This document shows, piece after piece, positions 53,847-64,000 of a stretch of 64,000 nucleotides of DNA. The notes beneath the pieces are model-generated. The model ran no database searches and had not been told where the DNA came from. It saw nothing but the letters and a program-made list of their open reading frames with translations. Source of the stretch: Octopus bimaculoides (lineage: Eukaryota); contig NC_068985.1 in assembly GCF_001194135.2 (NCBI RefSeq), forward strand, positions 21,328,266 to 21,392,265. The letters are read 5' to 3'. The position numbers were made by a program, and so were the translations under genes. Positions within the stretch are counted from its first letter, which is position 1; each line of letters starts with the position of its first letter.

Positions 53847-54408
53847 GGATCTATTTTAAAACGGGGGCCACATTTTTCATTAATGTTTTACGTAGTGTTT
53901 TTGGTACGGAACGACTTTCAAACTTCGTATACTTATCTATTTTGTGTTATAGAACAGAAAAATGTTTTTGTATTCGAATTTATTTCATGTAAAAAATTGT
54001 CCTATTTCGATAATTTTAACCAATCACTGACAAGTATTCAGTTGTTTATATTTACTCCTTTGGCTGATTAAGCGATGTAAAGCGTATTTAATCTCCATAC
54101 CTTCGTTTTATTTGCTTTTTTCATTTTAAATTTGCTTTAACCCTAACCCTAAGGTTAGGGTTAGGGTTAATTGTTTCAGAATCGTTTGTTTATGTAGTCG
54201 GCACTTAATGTATATCGGCTGAATGGACGTCAGTGATTGGTTGAAATTACAGAAATACGACAACTTTAACATGTAATAACTTATGGATTTCTTTTTTTTT
54301 TAAGAAGACTAAGAGAAAAAGATGTTTTATATGACACATTCTACCAGTGTTCCAAGTTTCAAAGTGTTTCGTTAATGAAAAATGTGGCCCCCGTTTTAAA
54401 AAAGATCC
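53847..54408. mobile_element. 562-bp GG-terminal MITE with 8-bp TSD and internal telomeric-repeat palindrome
   Basis: ~37-bp TIR ggatctattttaaaacgggggccacatttttcattaa; TSD AAAACCTT at 53839-53846 and 54409-54416; ttaaccctaaccctaa-gg-ttagggttagggttaa at 54137-54170. Confidence 0.9.
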
Positions 54409-55019
54409 AAAACCTTTCTTAATCAGACAATGATGAACATTATGTTGAACTGTATACAGACAGCTGACTATGTAGCTTGTGTTATTTCATTTTCCCTCTT
54501 TCCTCCACTCTTTGAAACAAAATTCTTCTCATAAAATTAAACTAACATCTTAGTATAGCATAGAATTGATTAACAGATATCAAGCAAAATTCTCATGTAA
54601 GTTAGTTCTGAAATCTCAAATAATTAAGAATACTTTCCAAAAAAGTTAATATACATAGAATCATTGACCCATAAGTTAGCTGAAAGTTTTGAGAAAATTC
54701 TAAGAAGATTCAGAAAGGAACTGTAAAAATTTGGTTTCGTCTCCATCATGGTGATCATCATCATCGTTTTAACATCCACTTTTCTATGCTTGCATAAATT
54801 GGATGGAGTTTGAGGCAGATTTTCTATGGCTGGATGCCTTTCCTGTTACCAACTCTTAATTGTTTCCAAGCAAGATATTATTTCCCCATGGCCAGACATG
54901 TTTTTGCAGAATATTGGAAATGAATGACATTCATTTCCAGCAGTCATAATGTCAGGATAGAAACAAACATCATCATCATCATCATCATCATCATATATAT
55001 AATATATATATGTATGTGC

Positions 55020-55198
55020 ACATGCACACACACACACACATGGGCTTCTTTCAGTTCCATCTACCAAATCCTCTCATAAGGCTTTGGTCAGCCTGGGACT
55101 AGAGTAGCAGACACTTGCCCAGGATGCTACAAAGTGGACTGAGCCTGACACCATGTGATTGGGAAATGAACTTCTCCAAGACAAACCATGCCTATACC
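55020..55198 (-). mobile_element. Family A SINE 5' part
   Basis: Reverse complement of head motifs. Confidence 0.7.
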
Positions 55199-55229
55199 TA
55201 TTTTATACACACACACATGCACATAGACA

Positions 55230-55460
55230 TCATCATCATCATTATTGTTTAACGTCCATTTTTCCATGCTGGCTGGCATGGGTTGGATGGTTTGACTGAG
55301 GTCTGGAAAGCCAGCGACTGCACCAGGTTCCAATCTGATCTGGCAATGTTTCTACAGCTGGATGCCCTTCCTAACTCCAACCACTCCGAGAGTGTAGTAG
55401 GTGCTTTTTACATGCCACCGGCACAGGAGCCAGTGAGGCAGGCTTGGCATTGATCACGTT
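55230..55460 (-). mobile_element. RTE 3' tail fragment
   Basis: catcatcatcattattgtttaacgtccattttccatgctggc...ctggatgcccttcc. Confidence 0.75.
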
Positions 55461-57569
55461 CGGATATATTTATAATTGCAAGAATCTGGTGATTCCCACA
55501 TCATACTCAGTTTTTGCTCAACGTGAATTTCTATTGCGTGTAAGATCTCACTGAATTAATTACTAGTTTCGTACAAATAAATGTACTCTACAACCTGTAC
55601 TGAGTGCTTTTCATTCCATTTGGGGGAAAAAACAAAAAAATTCCAAGACATGCATTGTTGTATTCATTTGTTTATTTGTTCAATGTCCCTTTTTTTCTCG
55701 CAAGTGCCCTTAAGTGAGAGCGATTTAGTTATGTTCATAGCTTTTGTAGGCTTTCCCAGACTAACAATATTGATACAGTTAATGTTTAATGTTAACTTTT
55801 GCAAGATGACACCTCTAGGGAAAGCCTAGACAAGGAAACTGCTCCAGAGAACTGCAGTTCTGGCAAAAAGGATTGGTTAAAATGTTTAAACAGGATTTGG
55901 GGGAAGGGATGTTGAAGACCTGCTGAGAAAGTGTGATGCATCTTCATGGTACACAGCTTGCTAGCTCAGGAGAGCAGGAAGTGTTGTACTCTCAGTAAAA
56001 GAGATAGCATATTGAATGAATATAAGTCTGCATTTTACTTGGTAGAACTATTTTTGTGGTTCTAGAATGTTTGTGTGTATAGCCGAAACATAAATAGTCC
56101 TTTACTGCAAATCACATTTATGTCCTGTAAAGGATTTTTTAAAAAAATAAAAACTATCCTGAAGAAAACTTATACTTTTAGATGTCGTTTTGGTTATGTT
56201 ATAGAAATGTAGCTGCCATAGAAGACAGCAGAAATTGTGTGTTCTAAACTTTTAATAATTTGGTGAAAGTTTTACTTGTGTGTTGTTCATGAATTAGACA
56301 AGTGTTGCTGGTGTGTCTCCTCAATATCTGTATTAACTGCATCTTTATGCTATTGGATGACACTAAGTTGTTATTACAAGAAATTTTCAAGATTTTGTTC
56401 AAAGAGCTACTAACAGCGTAAAAGAAGTAATTTGAAATTCTAGCAAGAAGGCTGTGCATGCTGAAGGAAAATAAATTACAGCAGGCCCAATGAAACTGTG
56501 TGTATATGTGTGTGCATGCAAAGTGTCTGTTAGTTTCTTATATTTGAATACAGTAGCTGTTTAATCAGAGTGATAACACATATTTTAATTTTCCTTTAAA
56601 GATTTAGTTCCTTTAATCAGTATTTTTGTGAAACTCTTAAATATATTTTGTATCTAAGAAAAAAAAAAACTTTCATTCAGTAAAAATATCCAGATCTCTT
56701 TGATAATAAAAAATAGGTTTGTAGGAGGGAAAATCTGTGGTTTTAATTTCATTTCATTCAGCTGTGTAAAGATATCCAATTGAGTGACAGCTATGAAATT
56801 CAGCTACATTATATTCGTAAGGGAACAATCTGTAGTTTCATTCAGTTTTTAAGTTATGGTCACATTATTTTTATGAGCTATGTCTGGAAGATAGGGTTGT
56901 GTTTGTAATTTTCACACTCTAAGGCTAATGGAGTTTATGCCATCATTTTCCCACTTAAACTGTTGCAAATCAATGACTGCAGGAAAAACATGTGCAGAAA
57001 GGAAATTCCGGGGAATCAATGTTTTGGAGTGATTAATACTGGGTTTGGGAGATGGGCACAAATTGAATGCATCACAAAAAGGTGATGAGCTGAATGGAAT
57101 GAAAGGAGTTAGTTTTGGAGATAAATCATGTGTAAACAATGTATATCAACCATGAATCCTTCAAGGAATGTTAAGTTTGTTGATTTTTCTTCTTTGGAAA
57201 ATAAGTTTATTAGCTTCATTTGTGTTGTTCATATTGAATAAATTATATATTTTCTTGTTGGGTATGTTCTGAAAAATGCCGTTTATTTGAAAATGCTATG
57301 CATTTAATAAAAGGAACATAATAGATGATTATGAAGAAATTTAATTATTCTATTATATAATGATGGATCTATTTATGCTGGATGCTAGTATAAATTATCC
57401 ATTTTACTTTTCATCCAAACATCTTTTATAAATTTATACGATTAAAAAAATTAAAGATGATTGTAATTACATATTTTTATTATTAATTCCCTGTAAAGAG
57501 TAATAAACCCATTAATTGTTGAGGCCATTCTGCTAAGACAAAATATGATTGATGCTATGATTGTTTTAA

Positions 57570-57683
57570 CCCCTTTAAATCTTCAGAGAGAAAAGAGATT
57601 TTTTAAATTTGACTTCTCTTATTTCTTTTGAAATATGAGAAGTCAAATGAAAAATCCATTTTCTCTTTAGATGTTTAAAAGGG
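57570..57683. repeat. Fold-back with CCC...GGG termini (piggyBac-like ends)
   Basis: ttaa|ccccttta...tatttc-tttt-gaaata...taaaaggg|ttag; ~55-bp imperfect arms. Confidence 0.7.
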
Positions 57684-57966
57684 TTAGAACAAATAATAAA
57701 TGGCAACATCAATAATGTTACAAAGTTGGAACCAGAATACATTCAAGGACAACAAAGTCAATAACTACGATTATTTCTTTGATTATTTTGGGGATTTTTC
57801 CTTTCTAGTTGTTTCTTTGTTAGTTATTCTCAAATGATCCTTTGAAGCATAAATACTTCAACAATCAAGATCTCTATTTCATTATTAAACTAGATTATTG
57901 AAGTAAATGAATAGATACATCAAGACCTACTCATCATCATCATCGTTTAACGTCTACTTTCCATGC

Positions 57967-58071
57967 TAGCATGAGTTGAACGATTTGACTGAGGACTGGT
58001 GAAACCGGATGGCAACACCAGGCTCCAATCCGGTTTCACCAGTCCTCAGTCAAATCGTCCAACCCATGCTA
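57967..58071. repeat. Fold-back of an RTE 3' tail, 44-bp arms, 17-nt loop
   Basis: tagcatgagttgaacgatttgactgaggactggtgaaaccggat pairs with 58028-58071 with 2 mismatches. Confidence 0.9.
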
Positions 58072-58364
58072 AAGTTTGAATAAGAAAAAAGCAATTTATT
58101 TAACTTATCAGCATTGTAAATTGATGAAAATGCTTGAGATGAATTATTATATTGTTTTATTCAATTCTATTATTTTCTTTTTTTCTTAATCACAACCTGA
58201 GATTTCTTGTAACAACTCCGCTCCAAATACATGAGCAATATTCTATAGTGGATGACTTCTAGAGAATCACCATTTGTTTAGAACTGAAATAAAGTCATGC
58301 TTAGGTGCACAAATGTAATAGAATTCTGAAATCTCTCTAAGAGATCAACGCAGTGGTTGTACTA

Positions 58365-58562
58365 ACAAGTAATGTTCATAGCCACTTCAACATGGCTGTC
58401 CATTCAAAGGGACTTTACTGCAATTTTTTAACCCCAAGACACCATCTCCTCTAGCTGTGCATCGTTACCCAGCTAGAGGAGATATCCACTTGGGGTTAAA
58501 AAATTGCAGTAAAGTCCATTCGAATGAACAGCCATGTTGAAGTGGCTACAAACATTACTTGT
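58365..58562. repeat. Fold-back, ~93-bp arms, 12-nt loop
   Basis: acaagtaatgtt...atctcctctagctg / cagctagaggagat...aacattacttgt; 12-bp direct repeat tgtaatagaatt at 58314-58325 and 58560-58571. Confidence 0.9.
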
Positions 58563-59044
58563 AATAGAATTGAAATATATTTATATCTTACTTAGAAATG
58601 TTAATACCTGAGAACTGAATGATCTTAATATCAGCTGTTCTTTTACTCTTGCTACCTAACATTTATAGCGAAGTATACTTTTTATAAACTTTAGATTAAG
58701 ATTTGCATTCATTAAAAACCAAACCAGTTTATACACTTCAGAAATAAAGAAACTCATTTTGATACTAAAATCAAGATCACTCATATGTGTGTGTATACAT
58801 CATCATCATCTGTTTTCTATGTTGGCATGAGTTAGACAGTTTGGCAGGTGCTGGCAAACCAGTGAGCTGCACCAGGCTCCAGTTGTCTGTTTTGGCATGG
58901 TTTCTACAACTGGATGCCCTTCCTAATGCCAACCACTTTACATAGTGTAGTGGGTACTTTTTACGTGACAATTGGAGTCTGGACAGCTTTACATCAAACT
59001 ATCCAACTCATGCCAGCATGGAAAACGGATGTTAAATGACGATG

Positions 59045-59363
59045 ATGTATGTATGAATGTATGTATGTATGAATGAATGTATGTATTTATGTATGTATGT
59101 ATGTATGTATGTATGTGTTGTGTCGATGCCCCCAGGCGAAGAAGTAGGATCTTCCAAGACATATAATAGGGGTAGTCTGGCCGTGGTAGGAGTGTTGAGT
59201 AGCAGTTGTGTAGAGATCATCCAAAGGTGCTAGATAGCAGTAGCATTGAGACATAACAGTATGTATGTAGGTATGTATATGTATGCATGAATGAATGAAT
59301 GTATATATGTATGTGTATATGTATATGTTTGTATGAATATATATATGTGTGTGTGTATATATG

Positions 59364-59396
<33 letters not shown>

Positions 59397-59399
59397 GGA

Positions 59400-59436
<37 letters not shown>
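59045..59436. repeat. Compound microsatellites (TATG)n, (TA)n, (GA)n
   Basis: Direct reading; interrupted by ~130 bp of other sequence. Confidence 0.85.
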
Positions 59437-59439
<3 letters not shown>

Positions 59440-60013
59440 CAAATGTAAAATGTTTTCAAAGATATTCTTTCAAGTTGTGTAATATATAAAATGTATTTTC
59501 GATGACATAATCATCTTAATTCCATGGAAAGTTATTGGTTTCAAAAATCATTGCCTGGAGATTCAATATAATCAATACCATCTTCACAGAGGAATTTCTG
59601 CCAGTTTTCAAAGATAAATCATTTATTTCAATAACTGATTTTCTTTTTTCAATTGGATTCTTAATTATTACAAACTTTAAAGTAGTCTAAATATTTATGT
59701 AAAATACTTTCTTAATGAATTTGTTTACATGTATCAGATCAGATATAAAATTTATGAATAGAAATTTTAATCAAGCTAAAAAAATTTTAAAAATTAAAAA
59801 ATCAAATAAATATAATTAACTTTGGTTTGTTGTCCATTACTTCCTGATTAATATAAGTTTAATAATAATTTTGCCATGTCTATTTCCTAAAGTAATTGTG
59901 TACTGTAGAATCAAATAGTACATTCAATATATTTTGCCTTATTATGCTTATCCTGTTCATAAAACAAATAAGTACATTTTTATAGAAGTATTTTTTGAAA
60001 AATTCTTGGTGCA

Positions 60014-60601
60014 AGCATGGCGGTGTGGTAAGAAGTTTGCTTCCCAATTATATGGTCCCACTGTGTGGCACCTTGAGCAAGTATCTTCTACTATAGCCGG
60101 AGCCAACACTGGTTTTCAAGCAGTGGTGGAAGAAACACAGACACAAACACACACACACATACACACAGATATATATATATATATATATACGATGGTTTTC
60201 TTTCAGCTTCCATCTACCAAATCTACTCACAAGGCTTTGGTTGGCCTGAGGCTATAATAGAAGACACTTGCCCAAGGTGCCATGTGGTGGAACTGAACCT
60301 GGAACCATGTGGTTGGGAAGTAAACTTCTTACACCCAGGCTTTGTGAGTGGATTTGGTACACAGAAACTGAAGGAAGCCCATCATATATGTGTGTTTGTG
60401 TTCATGTTTGTCACCCCCACCATTGTTTGACAACTGATGTTGGCTTGTTTACATCCCTGTGGTTTAGCATCAACCAAAAGAAACTAAATAGAATAAGTAC
60501 TAGGCTTTAAAAAATAAGTACCAGGGTGGATTTGTTTGACTAAATTTTCAAGACAGTGCCCCAACATGGCTGCAGTCCAATAACTGAAGCAAGTAAAAGA
60601 T
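60014..60601 (+). mobile_element. Family A SINE interrupted by an inverted SINE segment (60103-60340)
   Basis: Outer head ends ...gccaac and resumes tttgtgagtgg; inner segment is the reverse complement of 61150-61388. Confidence 0.8.
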
Positions 60602-61149
60602 CATGAAGAAGTCTATACATATCCTTAAAGTTGCGTATAATATTTATATCTATTTTAGTTTTACAATTAAACCTTGGGAGAGGCATTATGCCGGTAATAA
60701 ACACGTGCACTGGTTCAGTCCTTTATTTATTTATAAACAGTATTTAGAATCTTGCACACCAAATACACATACGAAATATTTTAGTTTTATTTTCTTCCAA
60801 AAATATAACTTCTTACTATTTTATTACCACATTTTAATCTTTCTTAAAGGGTTTCCCTTATCTGTTTCTCATAAAATAACTATACACCAATGCAAAATAT
60901 AAAGCTCTACATATATATTTATACTAAACATTGTCAACTTCGACCTTGAAAATAAGTATCTCTGAGTACACTCATTGTGATCACTTAATACAATGTTTTC
61001 CTGTGGGGGAAAAAAAAGTATTGATGTTTACTTACATAGAAAAACATAAAAAAGAACTTTCATTTCTATTGATTTCAGTCTTTGGACTGTGCCCATGCTG
61101 GGGTACCACCTTCAAGGCTTTCAGTTAATTATATCAACCCAGTACTTTG

Positions 61150-61560
61150 CCTGGGTGTAAGAAGTTTACTTCCCAACCACATGGTTCCAGGTTCAGTTCC
61201 ACTACATGGCACCTTGGGCAAGTGTCTTCTATTCTAGCCTCGGGCCAACCAAAGCCTTGTGAGTGGATTTGGTAGATGGAAGCTGAAAGAAACCCGTCAT
61301 ATATATATTTATATATATATATATATATATATATCTCTGTCTGTCTGTCTTTATTTTTTCCACCACCACTGCTTGAAAACCAGTGTTGGTGTGTTTGCAT
61401 CCCCATAACTTAGCAGTTCAGCAAAAGAGACTAAAAGAATAAGTAGCAGGCTTTAAAAAATAAGTACTGGGGTCAATTCATTTGACTAAAAATTCAAGGT
61501 GGTTCCCCAGCATGGCTGCAGTCTAATGACTGGAACAAGTAAAAGATAAGATAAAAGATG
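61150..61560 (+). mobile_element. Family A SINE, slightly 5'-truncated
   Basis: Body and tail complete; preceded by an inverted SINE tail at ~61060-61145. Confidence 0.8.
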
Positions 61561-61871
61561 AACCCTAGAACTCTTAAGACCGGACTTTAACCTGGTTTCC
61601 ACGATGATATATAACTGAGATTTCAAAATTCCTTAAAATACTCATTTACAGATGAGTGGAATGGAGCAATGTGAAAGAAGTATTTTCATCAAGAACACAA
61701 CACAGCCCAATCTAGGAATTGAAATCATGCTCTTATGATCATGAGTGTAACACCCTAACCACTAGGCCAGGTCCCTTCCTATGTATATATAGAGAGAAAA
61801 AACCTAAATTAACAAGCATTTTATCATTATTAATAATAATTGTGATTGTTGTAGAAAAAAAAGGAACTTAC

Positions 61872-61923
61872 CACAGCAAAGGCAGATGGCAAAAATATAA
61901 ATAACTCCTTTTAATACCGTCAT
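61872..61923 (-). CDS. Orphan gene coding exon 1: signal peptide MTVLKGVIYIFAICLCC
   Basis: ATG at 61923, 52 nt, consensus donor G|GTAAGT, phase 1 joins exon 2 to give a classical signal peptide ending VLIKG/QC. Confidence 0.8.
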
Positions 61924-62430
61924 ATTGATAGCAGTTTATTCTTCTGGTGGTAATCTTTGACTTTTCAACTTAAGATGTTCTTGTTCGTTAAGCTACTCAC
62001 CTGATTCCAATATTGCAATGGTACTCTGCGACTGCATTCAATAAACATCATACTCAAACTGCAGGTATTTTCCGGATATGCTACTTGGGTTTTATTTGAA
62101 TACAAGGAATGTGACTCTCACAAGTGATCTTTTTTTGTTTGGGGACAAATATTTACCAACCCTGTTCATATAGGGATAAAACATTTCCAACAAAACTGCG
62201 ATCCCTTTGTAAATATTATCTCTGACTCACTTTACTTCAGCTTGCCTTGGGTCTCTAACTGTATTAACTTCCCAACACTAACTTAACATTCTTCAACTGA
62301 CATTTAATGCAAAATGTATCCTGTAAAGCCGTTGCCCTTGTCAAAGTCTATTTGTCCTGTCTTTTGTCATAAATCAATTGTGAAATTGATTTGTTCAAGA
62401 AAATGGAGTTTTTTTTTGTTTTTTTTTCAG

Positions 62431-62633
62431 AATGAACTATTTCTACTGGTTACTGATCAAGGTTTCTTGAATGAATGCAATGTGGTTTGGGAAACATTGT
62501 CCAGTGTTGAAGGAGACTGTTATTTTGTTGACACATCATTCCACACTTATACCAAGCCTGATTCTGCATCTTCCACCACTGCTGTCACACCTCCACTTGT
62601 GCCAATAGGCTCTGATCAACAAATTGACCAAGA
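62431..62633 (+). CDS. MINDY1: Internal exon of MINDY1/MINDY2-like (FAM63) K48 deubiquitinase
   Basis: NELFLLVTDQGFLNECNVVWETLSSVEGDCYFVDTSFH...QQIDQ(D) matches the recalled MINDY1/2 segment LYLLVTDQGFL..E.VVWESL..VDGD..F.DS.F...Q.DQD; strong acceptor, donor GA|GTAAGT; MINDY1 vs MINDY2 not resolvable. Confidence 0.92.
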
Positions 62634-64000
62634 GTAAGTTCTTCTTTTTCTTCTCCTTCAGTAAATTTATTCTGGTCAAGCATTGCAGGAAAGGAGACAC
62701 ACTTCTAGACTTCAGCAAACAACAATGGAAACTGACTTTACTAAGTTGTTAGAAAGTTTGTTTGTTTGTTATTTTTTGCTTTTTTTTTTACTTACTATTG
62801 AACTACACTTTCATATTTTTGTTTAAACTATCTTCAAGCATTAGAAATTAACTATTTAAAAGAAAAATCTGGGAATCTGCTTAATAAACAAAATATGCTA
62901 GTTATATTCAAGTTTGTTCACCTGGTAAATTTGAATTTAGTTTTGGCACTTTGAGATAATGAATTGATAATTCATCAAGTAAGGATAGTTAAATTGAATT
63001 TTCATTGTCTCTTTTTCAGTATTTTTGTAGATATTTTGTTCAGTAGCTATGATACAGTGGTAAATTTTTAGCTATTATAATTATAATAAAATGGTAAGAT
63101 GTAATTTTTTTCAAAGCTTCTTATATCCTCTTACAAAGTTTGTCAAATATTTGTATAAATTGCTCAACAATTTCTAACAAAACTATATCTTTCAATGCCA
63201 GTTTTCATGTCACATATATTAAACATTTGTCAGAATTCACAAGTTTAAATATGTGAAAAGAATCTTTAAAGAAAGGCAATTTTTTCATTAACTTCTGAAT
63301 CCAACTAAGTTCATTTGATAATGCTTCCACAAATTATAGGGATCTACTGAGCCAGTGCTCAGCTCCATACAAAGTGCTAGCATATAACCAAATAACTTTA
63401 CTGGAAAAACCTAACACTTAGCTAATTTCTTTCCTAATCACCACATTTAGCCTAACTGTGGATATTTGTAATGTTGAAAACATTGGAAATTATGGAACCC
63501 ATGTTTTTATTATTTAAATATGTGATCATTGCTCTTTATACTTAAACTATCAAATAACTTGTAGTTAACAGTTATTTCTATCACCTTTGAGGTATTAGAA
63601 GTAGGGGCAAGAGGTTTGTAATTAGAAATATCAAAGAGCTTGCTTGTCTTGGAATAGAGCACATAGATCAGGACAGATTCCTCTTGCAAGAAAGACTTGA
63701 ATTTTATGAGAACAGAAACTATTATATAAAATAATCACTTTATTATGTAAAATAGAGAGGATTTTTAGTTCAATCTCCCTGTGTAATATGCTAGGCAAGA
63801 GTCTCCTATTATAGTCACAAGCTTGCCACTGCCTTGTGAGTGGAATTGGTAGATGGAAACTGTATGGAAGCCTGTCATGTGTGAATGTTGGTATTCTATG
63901 CTGCTGTTTGTCACTGCCTGAGTGAAACAACTTTGATTCTTTGTTGACAATGTCTCATCATTCTGCTTGTTCAAAGACCAGTGGAGTAAAAAAATGTCCT

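Noticed and set aside
54137-54170. Interstitial telomere or chromosome-fusion scar
   Set aside because: Orientation is CCCTAA then TTAGGG (opposite to a fusion), only about 2.5 units per arm, and it lies inside a TIR/TSD-bounded element
52895-55900. Possible + strand MINDY start (MSGEM joined to DDTSRESLDKETAPENCSSG)
   Set aside because: The second segment runs into a stop without a good donor, and catalytic exons are absent downstream
1-64000. CRISPR arrays, rRNA, prokaryotic operons
   Set aside because: No regularly spaced repeat-spacer arrays or rRNA-like sequence; intron-, SINE- and microsatellite-rich eukaryotic DNA

Overview
AT-rich, repeat-dense eukaryotic DNA with seven N-gaps; its SINE/RTE families resemble those of octopod cephalopods (inference). 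Genes: (1) one intact + strand exon of a MINDY1/2 (FAM63) deubiquitinase at 62431-62633, with no upstream MINDY exon found in the preceding 62 kb; (2) a hand-built 5-exon, 171-aa orphan gene on the - strand (61923 to 37231) with signal peptide, Cys-containing N-glycosylated ectodomain, Ser/Thr/Gln stalk and hydrophobic C-terminal tail, apparently nested antisense in the MINDY intron; (3) a probable first coding exon of another - strand gene (8946-8868) in a CpG-enriched region. Mobile DNA: decayed full-length mariner (DD34D) and Tc1 (DD34E), RTE and CR1/L2-type LINE relics, many tRNA-derived SINEs, hAT- and piggyBac-type MITEs, a GG-terminal MITE with a telomeric-repeat palindrome, and several fold-backs. 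The most unusual element is a tRNA-headed short element carrying a Penelope-type minimal hammerhead ribozyme (copies at ~32.1 and ~48.8 kb). There are also candidate recursive splice sites on the + strand. No CRISPR or rRNA was found. All calls were made by eye, without database searches.
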